Translations under genes and position numbers: made by a program
Assembly (NCBI GenBank): GCA_964546335.1
Contig: CAZJJN010000006.1
Coordinates: 12,120 to 76,119, forward strand
Direction of reading: 5' to 3'
DNA: 64,000 bases
Source of the DNA: an uncultured Phycisphaeraceae bacterium
GTDB lineage: Bacteria > Planctomycetota > Phycisphaerae > Phycisphaerales > Phycisphaeraceae
Part shown: one piece after another, positions 1 through 9,747 of the stretch
Numbering within the stretch: the stretch's first letter is position 1
How the letters are laid out: each line of letters opens with the position of its first letter
The notes under the pieces: model-generated
Databases searched by the model: none
What the model was told of the DNA's origin: nothing
The model's input: only the letters and a program-made list of their open reading frames with translations

Positions 1-118
1 TTGCCATGGGCTGCGATGCAATCGAAGCGTTGATGGTCGGTGGTGATGAGAATGATGTTGGGGGGTTGTTTTGGCATGATTGTTCGTCTGAATGATAAGC
101 ATTTGCTAAAGTCGAGAC

Positions 119-2101
119 ATGTCGAAATTAACACAAGAAAATAGCCGTCAGCCTCGGCCGGGCCTGTTTCATGATGCTGAAGATGTGGTGCGGTTGCGCC
201 AACTGCTCAAAGATGAACATCCGCATGTCATGGGCATCCTTGCTTGTGCCAAAGCCGAAGCAGACAAGGCCATTGACGATGTGCTTCTGCCGCCGGACAA
301 GGAAGGCACAGCCAAGGTTGCCGGTGACTTTCTGGTGTGTTCGGCTGTGGCGTATCTCCTGACGGGCGAGGAGCACTATACCCGTAATGCGCATCAGGCC
401 GGGGTTTACATGATGTCCGGCTGGTATCGAGCGAATCTGTCGCTCTCGACCGACCTTCAAAAATTGGTGACGGTATATGAATGTTGCCGAGATGCCTGGA
501 GCACGTCGCAGCGACATCAGATTGAAGACATTCTGACACGCGGAGCGCGTACGTTTTTTCGTCAGCGTTATGCCAACCCGCATGTCATCAGCAATAACTG
601 GTGGGCCGTGACCCATGCCGGGGCGCTGACTTGCGCCTTGGCAGTGCATGGCCAGTGCGACGCTGATGGAAAAGCCATTGACCTTGCGGAAGTGATCGAC
701 TGGGCAGCGGGTCGGCTGGCATGTTTCTGCCAGCACTACGGCGATGCAGGTTACTACCACGAAGGTATCGGTTACCAGGTTTATGCTTCTGTATCGTTGC
801 TCCCAGCGCTGTTTGCATTGAAACGCGTGACAGGTCGCGATGTTTTGGCTCAATTTCCCAACTTGAAGCAGATCTTATCTGGCGTTTATTTGTTGGCGTG
901 TCTTCGCGAGTGTACCGCTGAACCTCAGCCGATTGAGGAAGATGGCAAGTCAATGGAGATGGGTTGGGGGACGACGCTTTCTTGGAATGACAGTGGGCAC
1001 CGCGTCGGGGGACATAAGATTAACAGTTTGGGCATGGTCATAGCACCCGTAAAACAACGGGGTGAGTTGCGTTGGCTGTACGATCGCTTCTTTGGGTACG
1101 AAAGTCCTCACCCGAATTATGCGCCTAAGTTTGGTGGTTTGTATCACAGCCTGGTTCACTACCCCTATGGCCATGAACCAGAGCAGCCTGGCTCATCGCT
1201 GCCTTTGCATGCGAAGGACAGTCGTCAGGGTTTATGGGCACTGCGGAACCGCTATCAGGATGGCGATGATTGCGTATTCGGTGCCTATGCCAAGGTGACG
1301 CATATTGGTGGACATGCCCAGCATGATGCAGGATCGATTCGCATGATGGGTCTGGGTTATGACTGGATTGTCAGCGCCGGGCAGAACCGGGCGGATGCCC
1401 GTTGGCAGACGGTGCTGTGTCCGGCAGAGGAGGAGGAACGCAGCGGTCGAAGGAAGGGTGGGCTGGTCATCTGGAATCACGTGGATGAACAGGGCGGACA
1501 GTTCGGCATGGACTTGCGAAGTGTTTCTGAAGGGTATCACGAGCGTTATGTCGGCGTGGCCTGGCCGACGAAGGATCGACCTTTCTGCGTCGCGCTGCTC
1601 GATCTGGTGGACAACCATTTTGAAGGGCGATCATGGTGGTGGTCCTGGGCATTCGGGGCGAATCTGGATTGCGAGATACTTAACGAGCAGCAAGGTTTTG
1701 TCCTTCGCGCACCGGATAGGCAGACGACCTGTCGCGTCCTTTTCCATGGCCTGATCCCTGATCAACTGGATGTCCAGCGTATGCCTGACAGTGAACGGGG
1801 CTTTTCCAGCGGGAAGACGGTGAGATACCCGGGACAGCCTTATGTCCGCGCGATTTTCTCCAGAAGCGATGCGCTCAAGCACATCTACGTATCAGCCACG
1901 GTGCAGCGGGGTGAGTTGCCTGAGGTGACATTGGCTGATCCGGGCGTCGCGCTGCAGATAGGGGATTGGCGATGGGATCGGCCGTTCGGAGCCGCGGTGC
2001 CGCAGGCATTTCGCTTGGGTGAAAGTCGCTCGCTTTGTCTGGAACCAGCGGGATTCGACTGGCCTGAGGAACCGGAACGGGAAAGATATCGGTTAAACTG
2101 A
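119..2101 (+). CDS. heparinase II/III-like family protein (putative polysaccharide lyase)
   Basis: 660-aa ORF. 'ISNNWWAVTHAGAL' and 'GGHAQHDAGSIRMMGLGYDWIVSAG' resemble the conserved Asn/His and H-x-D-x-GS blocks of heparinase II/III-type lyases. The call rests on recalled motifs only. Confidence 0.55.
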   Translation: MSKLTQENSRQPRPGLFHDAEDVVRLRQLLKDEHPHVMGILACAKAEADKAIDDVLLPPDKEGTAKVAGDFLVCSAVAYLLTGEEHYTRNAHQAGVYMMSGWYRANLSLSTDLQKLVTVYECCRDAWSTSQRHQIEDILTRGARTFFRQRYANPHVISNNWWAVTHAGALTCALAVHGQCDADGKAIDLAEVIDWAAGRLACFCQHYGDAGYYHEGIGYQVYASVSLLPALFALKRVTGRDVLAQFPNLKQILSGVYLLACLRECTAEPQPIEEDGKSMEMGWGTTLSWNDSGHRVGGHKINSLGMVIAPVKQRGELRWLYDRFFGYESPHPNYAPKFGGLYHSLVHYPYGHEPEQPGSSLPLHAKDSRQGLWALRNRYQDGDDCVFGAYAKVTHIGGHAQHDAGSIRMMGLGYDWIVSAGQNRADARWQTVLCPAEEEERSGRRKGGLVIWNHVDEQGGQFGMDLRSVSEGYHERYVGVAWPTKDRPFCVALLDLVDNHFEGRSWWWSWAFGANLDCEILNEQQGFVLRAPDRQTTCRVLFHGLIPDQLDVQRMPDSERGFSSGKTVRYPGQPYVRAIFSRSDALKHIYVSATVQRGELPEVTLADPGVALQIGDWRWDRPFGAAVPQAFRLGESRSLCLEPAGFDWPEEPERERYRLN

Positions 2102-2255
2102 TACGTATTCCCACCCGTTGCAGCCTATCCTCAGCCTGTTACAGTGCTTGGCTCCCGGTTACCTGCACGCGGCCCAAACCCCGCGGGAAACCGGCCCCGG
2201 AAGCCTCCGGACGCGAAGTATCTCCATAAAAAACACGGAAAGTGAGTGTACTCCC

Positions 2256-3902
2256 ATGGCGGATGGCAAGAAATTTCGAATATTGGCAGCAGACAAACTG
2301 GCCCAGGAAGGCCTCGATTACATCGCTTCGCAACACGATTGCGAACTGGTCAACAAGCCAGGCCTGAGCGAAGACGAACTGGCTGCGATTGCAGGCGAGC
2401 ATCATGGCATGATCGTCCGCTCAGGTGTGCAGGTGACCGCCAAGGTGCTGGAGAAGCCCGGCGACTTGAAAGTCATCGCCCGAGCGGGGGTGGGTGTGGA
2501 TAACATCGACCTCAAGGCCGCGACTGACAAGGGTATCCTCGTCATGAACTCCGCCGAGGCCAGCACCATCAGTACCGCTGAGTTGGCGTTTACGTTGATG
2601 ATGGCCCTTTGCCGTAACATCGGCCCGGCTTACAAAACCATGTGCGATGGCGGTTGGGATCGTTCCAAGTTCACTGGCGCGCAATTGGCGGGTAAGACGC
2701 TGGGGGTGGTCGGCTTCGGACGCATCGGGCAAACTTTTGCTGAACGCGCGCTGGCCTTTGGCATGAGCGTGGTCGCGTACGACCCGTTCATCAATGCCAA
2801 GACCATGTTTGACGGCAAGGTGCGCATGTTCACCGATTTCGACGAGATGGTCCCCGAGGTCGATATCTTCACCTTCCATGTCCCCCTCAATGACCAGACC
2901 AAGGGCATGATGGGCAAGGCCCAGTTTGAGAAAGCACGCGACAACGTGCGCATCGTCAACGCGGCTCGTGGCGGGGTGGTGGATGAAGCAGCCGTGCTTG
3001 AAGCCGTCGAGTCGGGCAAGTGCGCGGGGGCGGCTCTGGATGTTTATACGGATGAACCCCCGGCTGAGGATTCACCATTACGCAATCACCCGAAGATTTT
3101 GACCTCGCCACACCTGGGCGCGAGCACCAAGGAAGCGCAGAAGGCAGTCAGCGTTACCGCAGCGGAGCAGTTGCTCGCTTACCTGCGTGGCGAAGGCATC
3201 AGCGGCGCGGTCAATGTGCGCGGCCTGCGGGTCGATCTTGACCCGGCCCAGGCAGCGTTTGTGGACCTGGCGGCGCGCATGGCTCGCGTGGTCAGCCCGA
3301 TGGTGACGCGAGGCATCGCCAGCGTGACTTTTGAATTGCGAGGCAAGGGTCTCGCTGCTGCCAGCGGGACGATCGAACGCACCGCGATGGTCGAGCTGCT
3401 GGCCAAGCATATTGATGATCCGGTCAACATCATCAACGTCATGGAAGTGGCTGAGAAGCGTGGTATCAAGTTGCGCTGTACCAGCGAGGACGATGCCAGC
3501 GACCGCGGCCCGCAATTGGCGATCACCATTGAAGGGCCAAGTGGCGCGGTGGATTCCGACACGCACCCGAAGGATGAAGTTCGCCGAGTGGTGGGTCGCG
3601 TGTTCGATGACCTTCAGCCGCGACTGGTGGAGATCAACGGCTACCACATGGACATGGTGCCTGCCGGTGCGATGGTACTGATTCAGAACGAGGACAGGCC
3701 GGGCATGATCGGCATGGTCGGTTCGGAGTTTGGCGAATCATCGGTGAACATCGCGGACATGACCATCAGCCGACGTGACACGACTGCGTTGATGCTGCTC
3801 AAGGTTGATGGCATTCCCTGCCAGGAGATGATCAATCGGTTGAGCGCCAGGCCTGGCATTTTGAAGGTGGCGACCGTGGAGTTGGCTCAGTTGCCGAAGT
3901 AG
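2256..3902 (+). CDS. serA: D-3-phosphoglycerate dehydrogenase (long form with C-terminal regulatory domains)
   Basis: NAD-binding 'GKTLGVVGFGRIGQ', then 'NAARGGVVDE' and 'SPHLGAST', with a ~200-aa C-terminal ASB/ACT-length extension. The ORF-track TTG at 2118 adds 46 implausible residues. The ATG at 2256 gives 'MADGKKFRILAADKL'. Confidence 0.9.
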   Translation: MADGKKFRILAADKLAQEGLDYIASQHDCELVNKPGLSEDELAAIAGEHHGMIVRSGVQVTAKVLEKPGDLKVIARAGVGVDNIDLKAATDKGILVMNSAEASTISTAELAFTLMMALCRNIGPAYKTMCDGGWDRSKFTGAQLAGKTLGVVGFGRIGQTFAERALAFGMSVVAYDPFINAKTMFDGKVRMFTDFDEMVPEVDIFTFHVPLNDQTKGMMGKAQFEKARDNVRIVNAARGGVVDEAAVLEAVESGKCAGAALDVYTDEPPAEDSPLRNHPKILTSPHLGASTKEAQKAVSVTAAEQLLAYLRGEGISGAVNVRGLRVDLDPAQAAFVDLAARMARVVSPMVTRGIASVTFELRGKGLAAASGTIERTAMVELLAKHIDDPVNIINVMEVAEKRGIKLRCTSEDDASDRGPQLAITIEGPSGAVDSDTHPKDEVRRVVGRVFDDLQPRLVEINGYHMDMVPAGAMVLIQNEDRPGMIGMVGSEFGESSVNIADMTISRRDTTALMLLKVDGIPCQEMINRLSARPGILKVATVELAQLPK

Positions 3903-4004
3903 TCATCGTTTCTTCCTGAATTTTCTCACTTGTCTGAGTTGGAATACGTTTGATGGAGCAGGTTGCACGCGGTTCTGCCATCGACACTGACATATACTGC
4001 GGCC

Positions 4005-4922
4005 ATGCAATACACACGATTTGGCAAGACAGGTTTCTGTGTTTCCCGTCTGGGGATCGGCAGCATCGGCGTTGGCCCGACACCTGAGGAACAAGCCGAG
4101 GTCGTTCGCTTGATGAACCGCCTGCTTGATGCCGGTTGTAATCTTGTTGATACCGCGCAGATTTATGCCCGAAGCGAAGCGTTGATCGGCCAGCACCTGA
4201 GCCATCGCCGGGATGAGTTTTTTCTGGTCAGCAAGTGTGGCCATCATGATGTCCTAAGCGACGGGTCGATGCGATCCCGCGCGATCAGCATGGAAGACAT
4301 CGACATGGCCTTGCGCAAACTGCGTACGGATCACCTCGACGCGATGCTGCTGCATTCCTATGACTATGACCTGCTGCAGCAGGGCGATGCACTGGCGGTG
4401 CTGGAAAAGGCGCGAGCAGCGGGGAAGATTCGCTTTGCCGGTTACTCAGGTGACAACGAGCGTGCGCAGTATGCAGCCGAACACACGTTGATTGATGTCG
4501 TGGAGATGTCGGTCAATCTCTGCGATTGGCACAACGTGGACAAGGCGCTGCCAGCAACGCGGATGAATGATGTGGCTGTGATCGCCAAGCGCCCGCTGGC
4601 CAATGCCTGCTGGCGGCTGGTGGATGATCCGAGTCAGGCGAATGAACATGTCAGGCCTTATGTGGATCGATTCATCGCGATGCAGTTGCCTGCCGATCTG
4701 CCTGCGGAGTTGGGTTGCAGCAGTTGGGGCGAGTTGGCGCTGCGACTGACCTTGTCCCAGCCGGGCGTGCACTGCGCGATAGCCTCAAGTCGAAGCGAAG
4801 CCAATCAGGACGCCAACATGGCGGCTGCGACCAAAGGTTCACTCGAACCCGTAGCATTGGATCGACTGAAGCAGGTTTACGACAAGGCAAAGCAAGGGGA
4901 AGAGTGGCAGTCGCTGAATTGA
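4005..4922 (+). CDS. aldo/keto reductase family oxidoreductase
   Basis: 'MQYTRFGKTGFCVSRLGIGS', 'NLVDTAQIYA' and 'GKIRFAGYSG' are typical AKR blocks. The ATG at 4005 is preferred over the ORF-track start at 3963. Confidence 0.85.
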   Translation: MQYTRFGKTGFCVSRLGIGSIGVGPTPEEQAEVVRLMNRLLDAGCNLVDTAQIYARSEALIGQHLSHRRDEFFLVSKCGHHDVLSDGSMRSRAISMEDIDMALRKLRTDHLDAMLLHSYDYDLLQQGDALAVLEKARAAGKIRFAGYSGDNERAQYAAEHTLIDVVEMSVNLCDWHNVDKALPATRMNDVAVIAKRPLANACWRLVDDPSQANEHVRPYVDRFIAMQLPADLPAELGCSSWGELALRLTLSQPGVHCAIASSRSEANQDANMAAATKGSLEPVALDRLKQVYDKAKQGEEWQSLN

Positions 4923-4923
4923 G

Positions 4924-5988
4924 TTATGGCTTGGCCATCGGCGATTGCGAATCATCCTTGGAGTTAACTTCACCACCCATCCACCCCCCCATCGCAGGCA
5001 ATTTTGTCTTGCGCGAGAGATAGATGAAGGCAAATCCTGTAAGAAGCAAAGCGGCGCTGAGCACCTGCCCACGAGTGATATGCAGCATGGCGAACTCAGC
5101 ATTTTTCAGATGCTCGTCAGGCTCCCGCCAGAGTTCACCAATGATGCGCACGATGCCATAGCACGTGGCAAACAGGCCTGCGATCAGCCAGGGCTTGCGT
5201 GGCTTGCGCCAAGTCCAGATCAACACTAACGCGACAGCCAACCCTTCCATCAGAGCGAGGTAAATCTGTGAAGGATGGCGAGGGGTGAGTACCTGAGCGA
5301 CGGCCTGAGTCAAAGCCGGGTCACCTGCCTGAATGCGCTCAATCAAAGCATGGACTTGCTCATTCAACGTCAGGCCCGGGCCTGCGGTGTCCAGCGCGGT
5401 ATGGATCATGTCGAATCGCGGGTCGGCTGGCGACCAGGTAAGCATTTCCTGGGGGAATTTCACCGCCAGCGGGAAGTCAGGGTTGACCGCTCTGCCATAA
5501 AGTTCGCCGTTGATGAAATTGGCGATGCGCCCAAAGCCCAGGCCGATGGGCCCGCCAAACGCGACCAGATCAGCGATGTGGGCGATGGGCAGTTTGTTGC
5601 GCCAGGCGTAAAACCAGCAGCCGATGAGTGCGCCGAGCATCCCGCCGTGGCTGGCCATGCCTCCCTGATTGACCTTGAGTACACCCCAGTAGGGCATCGG
5701 GCCGCTGAAGTCGATGAACAGGTCAGGCTTGTAGAAAAGCACGTAGCCGAGTCTGCCACCGACGACGATGCTGATGGCCAGCGTGATGACCAGGTCGGCC
5801 ACCTGTTCGACCTTGAGCGGGGATCGGCCGCGCGAGACGACGCGTCGAATCATCAGGTAACCGATAAGAAAACCCACGAGATAAGACAGGCCATACCAGC
5901 GGATGCCATCAGTCAGGGGAAAACCCTGAGGCAAACGAAAGAGAAAGGGGTCGATGTTATGAACCCAGGCTTCAGCCAATAGCCACAT
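4924..5988 (-). CDS. lgt: prolipoprotein diacylglyceryl transferase
   Basis: Polytopic membrane protein with 'IRWYGLSYLVGFLIGY', 'GGRLGYVLFY' and 'FGRIANFINGELYGR' (Lgt signature). Its stop lies 1 nt from the convergent AKR stop. Confidence 0.9.
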   Translation of the reverse strand: MWLLAEAWVHNIDPFLFRLPQGFPLTDGIRWYGLSYLVGFLIGYLMIRRVVSRGRSPLKVEQVADLVITLAISIVVGGRLGYVLFYKPDLFIDFSGPMPYWGVLKVNQGGMASHGGMLGALIGCWFYAWRNKLPIAHIADLVAFGGPIGLGFGRIANFINGELYGRAVNPDFPLAVKFPQEMLTWSPADPRFDMIHTALDTAGPGLTLNEQVHALIERIQAGDPALTQAVAQVLTPRHPSQIYLALMEGLAVALVLIWTWRKPRKPWLIAGLFATCYGIVRIIGELWREPDEHLKNAEFAMLHITRGQVLSAALLLTGFAFIYLSRKTKLPAMGGWMGGEVNSKDDSQSPMAKP

Positions 5989-6015
5989 GAAACTACTCCG
6001 AGATGATGCGAGGGG

Positions 6016-8451
6016 TTATCGCCGGCGTTTGCCTTTGCCCTGACCTTTATTTTTCGGGCCTTGGCTGCGCTGGCTGCGTTTTTTGTTCCGCTTGATGTTT
6101 TGGGTTTGCCGGTGTGCTTCCCGAGCGCCCTTGGATTGTTTCCGCCGCTTTACATTGGCTGTGGATGACTTGCTCTTACTGGGGCTGGACAGTGAATCCA
6201 CAGCCACCAGATCCATCCGCCGCGCCCAGGGCTCGATGGTGGCGATGCGGACTTTGAGTCGTTCACCAATCTGAATGGATCGGCCGGACCTTTGCGCGAC
6301 CAGCGCGCCGGTCTGTTGATTTAACCGCCATTGCTCATTGCGCTCACTGCCTGCGATGTAGATCTCGCTGTGATGGACGAAGCCATCGACGAGGTAGCGA
6401 TCGAGTTGTACGAATAAGCCATCGCGCGTGATGCCTGTGACCGTGCCTTCAAAGTCATCGCCGACGAAATCGACGAGGAACTGGAGTACGAGGTATTGCC
6501 TTAAGCTGCGCTCGGCCGCCTCCGCGGTGCGCTCCGTTGCAGAGCAGTGATGTCCCGCCTGCACCAAGGCCTCGGCATCGGGCAGTCGGCTGTCTTTCTG
6601 CAAATTTTTGCGGATGTCGCGTTTCTTCTTGCTCGACTGTCGGGCTTCAAGATAAGCCTCGATGGCACGGTGGACGATCAGGTCCGGGTACCGGCGGATC
6701 GGGCTGGTGAAGTGCGTGTAGTGTTCGCTGGCCAGGGCGAAGTGGCCGATGGTCAGCGGGGCATATTCGGCCTTGGACAGTGTCTGAAGCACAGCCAGGT
6801 GGACGGCAAACTGCTGAGGTTTGCCACGCACTTTCTCCAGCAGTTGCTGCAGCTCGTGCCGCGTCGGCGAAGCAGGAATGTTGAAGCCAGCCACGCGAAC
6901 GAATTGCCGCAGCGCACTGTAATCATCCGAAGGCGGGTCGGGGTGGATACGGCGGATCATGGGAATGTTCATGCCGTCAAACAACCGGGCCGCAGCCTCG
7001 TTGGCTTCGACCATGAACATTTCAATGATGGTGTGCGTGAAAGCATCATCTTCCGGGTGAGCATCGATGACGTTGCCTGCTTCGTCGAAGACCAGTTCAG
7101 CATCGGGCAGGCCCAGCACGATCATGCCTTGCTTCATGCGCCTTTCACGAATCTTGATGGCCAACTCGTTCATGAGTTGCAAGGCATCGGTCAGCTCACG
7201 TGGATAGCGAGGCTCCGTCTTGCAGTGTTTGCGTGCTTCGCGCAGGTCGCGCTCGATCAGCGCCTGGGCTTCGAGATAAGTCAGACGACGGTTGGAACGA
7301 ATGACTGCCTGCTCAAAACGGGCGTCAATGACGTGGGCATCATCATCAAAGCGGATAAAGACCGACTTGGTGAAGCGGTTGACGCCTTCCTGAAGCGAGC
7401 AGACGCCGTTGGATAACACCTCGGGCAGCATGGGAATGACCAGCCGAGGCAGGTAACAACTGTTGCCACGCTCGTAGGCTTCGGCATCAAGTGCGCTGCC
7501 AGGCCTGACGAAGTGGGAAACGTCGGCGATGTGCACGCCAAGTTCGTAGGCCGCGCCACCTTCGGATCTGGGGTCTAATTTCGTGATGCTGATGGCATCG
7601 TCGAAGTCACGGGCGTCCGGCGGGTCGATGGTGGTAATGAACAGGTCGGTCAGATCGACGCGGTCGTCGGGTATCGCTTCTTCATCGAGATTAGCCGAGG
7701 CTTCGCGGGCTTCCTTGAGCACAGCTTCAGTGAATGGGCCGGGCAGGCCGAACGCTTTGATCACGGCTTGCGTTTCAACATCAGGTCTGCCGCTTTCGCC
7801 GAGTTTCTCGACGATGACACCTTGGGGCGGTTTGTGGTCGCTGCCGAAGTTGATGATCTCGACGACGACTTTGTCGCCATGATTGGCATCTTTCGCCCCC
7901 ACATCGCGCACGAAGATTTGCGATGGACTTTGCTTGCCATCAACCCGCACATACCATCGGTTGCCATCTTTCACGAGGTTGCCGACATACTGGTGTTCGC
8001 CGCGCTGGATGATCTCAATGATGCGACCGATGTAAGGCGAGCGATCGCTGGAGGCACGCGATGGGCGATGCTGCACTTTGGCGCGGACGCGGTCGCCGGT
8101 CATAGCCTGGCCGATGCCGTCGGGTGGGATGAACAGATCGCCATGCATGACCGGGGAATCGGGCACGAGGAAGCCGAAGCCGTTGGGATGTTTGCGCAGG
8201 ATGCCAGTCATCTCCCTGCCGGGTGGTGGCAGAGCGACCGCCTGCGAGCTGGTGAACACGATGCTGCCATCGTGGGCCAGTTCTCGTACCACTTTGGCAA
8301 AGGTGTCGTATTGATTTTCACTGATGCCGATGTCCGCTGCCAGTGCAGAGATACCTTTGGGTTGATAATGTTGCGAGCCGATCAACCTGAGAAGCTGGTC
8401 TTTGAAAGGCTTGGATTGGCCGTTGGTCGATTTGTTTTGATCTTCAGTCAC
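6016..8451 (-). CDS. rnr: ribonuclease R
   Basis: 811 aa. Cold-shock/OB N-terminal region, RNB catalytic core ('IDPPDARDFDDAISI', 'HFTSPIRRYPDLIVHR'), S1 domain ('FEGTVTGITRDGLFVQL') and a Lys/Arg-rich C-terminal tail. GTG start. Confidence 0.9.
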   Translation of the reverse strand: MTEDQNKSTNGQSKPFKDQLLRLIGSQHYQPKGISALAADIGISENQYDTFAKVVRELAHDGSIVFTSSQAVALPPPGREMTGILRKHPNGFGFLVPDSPVMHGDLFIPPDGIGQAMTGDRVRAKVQHRPSRASSDRSPYIGRIIEIIQRGEHQYVGNLVKDGNRWYVRVDGKQSPSQIFVRDVGAKDANHGDKVVVEIINFGSDHKPPQGVIVEKLGESGRPDVETQAVIKAFGLPGPFTEAVLKEAREASANLDEEAIPDDRVDLTDLFITTIDPPDARDFDDAISITKLDPRSEGGAAYELGVHIADVSHFVRPGSALDAEAYERGNSCYLPRLVIPMLPEVLSNGVCSLQEGVNRFTKSVFIRFDDDAHVIDARFEQAVIRSNRRLTYLEAQALIERDLREARKHCKTEPRYPRELTDALQLMNELAIKIRERRMKQGMIVLGLPDAELVFDEAGNVIDAHPEDDAFTHTIIEMFMVEANEAAARLFDGMNIPMIRRIHPDPPSDDYSALRQFVRVAGFNIPASPTRHELQQLLEKVRGKPQQFAVHLAVLQTLSKAEYAPLTIGHFALASEHYTHFTSPIRRYPDLIVHRAIEAYLEARQSSKKKRDIRKNLQKDSRLPDAEALVQAGHHCSATERTAEAAERSLRQYLVLQFLVDFVGDDFEGTVTGITRDGLFVQLDRYLVDGFVHHSEIYIAGSERNEQWRLNQQTGALVAQRSGRSIQIGERLKVRIATIEPWARRMDLVAVDSLSSPSKSKSSTANVKRRKQSKGAREAHRQTQNIKRNKKRSQRSQGPKNKGQGKGKRRR

Positions 8452-8521
8452 TCAAGCATGCTACCGGATTGTGTGCAAAGTGCATGAGCAGCCCGTTTGA
8501 GCGTGGCGCAGATTGACATGA

Positions 8522-9580
8522 TCAAGGCAGGCGTTCGACGTCCAGGTCTTCTTTCTTGATACCCAATTGTTTGGTCAGCGTGTCCTGCCAATTGTTGATG
8601 CGCAGTCGGATAACAGGCAGTTGGGCGCCAGGATTAAGTGCAGGTTCCGGCAAGTTGGCTTCGGACAGGCCCAGTCGGTTGGTGGTCCAGTAAACGAGGG
8701 TGGCATCGGAGTCGATGACAAAGCTCTGCCAGCTTTGGATGTCGATGTCATTGGCTGCGCCTTGCATCAAGCGGTGGAAAAGCATCTGGTACCGCGATGT
8801 GACGGCCACGAGTTTTTCCAGGCTGGCGCGGGGAGGAGCGGGTTGGGCACCGAGATAATTCGAACTGACCCCTTTGAGAATTTGAGCCGGGCCTGTGATG
8901 GATAGGGTGGGGTTTTGCAGATACAGGTTGACGCGTTTATCCAAAGCTTCCAGCAGACTGTCGGCATAGCCGGGCGTTGCGATTCGGGCGGCTGCCTCGG
9001 CTGCATTTTGAAAGACCGTGTCTTCCTTGTCCTTGGCGATCACGGGAAGCAGCGCCTGACCAATCTTCGTCTGGACATTGGCTGGAAGATCGCTGAGGTT
9101 GGTTGACGAGTCGATGTAGCGACTGGTCATTTTCTTCAAACCGGCAGCCCCCCAGTAGCGGATGGCGGGGTTCTGGTCGTCTACAGCTTTGATCAGAATG
9201 TCTGCCAGTTCAGGATGCTGCACGTCGGCCACAGCAATTAGCAGATTCAACCGAGAGGACAGACTGGCGTTGTTTTCGGTCGATTGCTTGACCGCCTCGG
9301 CCATCAGTTTGGCGTAGTCCGAGCGGAAGCCTTCTGATCCAGATGCGGCTGGACGAACCAGGCGGTCGCGGGCATTGATAATGTTGTCCGGTTCATCTTC
9401 CTCGACAGCCTTGGTGATGGCATTGGTCCATGAAAGGACGTAGGCCTTCACTTCGCGTTTGTCGGATTCAGATAGCTCATCCTTTTGCAGGATGGATATC
9501 GGTAACGAAGAAATCTGAGCCGACACGCTTACTGAAAGCAGCATCAGCGCTGTAAACCAAACACTCACAGCCGTCTTCAT
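8522..9580 (-). CDS. secreted hypothetical protein (possible HEAT/ARM-like repeats)
   Basis: 352-aa ORF with a clear signal peptide 'MKTAVSVWFTALMLLSVSVSAQ'. 'DDQNPAIRYWGAAGL' looks HEAT-like. No recognisable catalytic motif. Confidence 0.6.
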   Translation of the reverse strand: MKTAVSVWFTALMLLSVSVSAQISSLPISILQKDELSESDKREVKAYVLSWTNAITKAVEEDEPDNIINARDRLVRPAASGSEGFRSDYAKLMAEAVKQSTENNASLSSRLNLLIAVADVQHPELADILIKAVDDQNPAIRYWGAAGLKKMTSRYIDSSTNLSDLPANVQTKIGQALLPVIAKDKEDTVFQNAAEAAARIATPGYADSLLEALDKRVNLYLQNPTLSITGPAQILKGVSSNYLGAQPAPPRASLEKLVAVTSRYQMLFHRLMQGAANDIDIQSWQSFVIDSDATLVYWTTNRLGLSEANLPEPALNPGAQLPVIRLRINNWQDTLTKQLGIKKEDLDVERLP

Positions 9581-9747
9581 GGGGTTTTCTCCAGCCTGGC
9601 GGGGTCTGCTATTGAAGAGTCAAGAGTCTATCGGATCAGTGATTCAACTTCCAACCTGCCCTGGTAAAAGCGGTGGATGTTTGCCAGTCGAGCCGTGCCG
9701 ATTATTCTGGCTGACCGAAACAGCCTGAATTTGGCAGAAAGAAACAC

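Noticed and set aside
128-853. 241-aa minus-strand ORF, along with many similar long antisense ORFs (e.g. 5275-5982 +, 6547-7416 +, 7768-8487 +, 39257-40192 -, 47135-47782 -, 62680-63387 -)
   Set aside because: Each lies entirely inside, and antisense to, a gene with strong family motifs. Their sequences are Arg/Ala/Gly/Pro-skewed and low in complexity, which is typical of shadow ORFs in GC-rich coding DNA.
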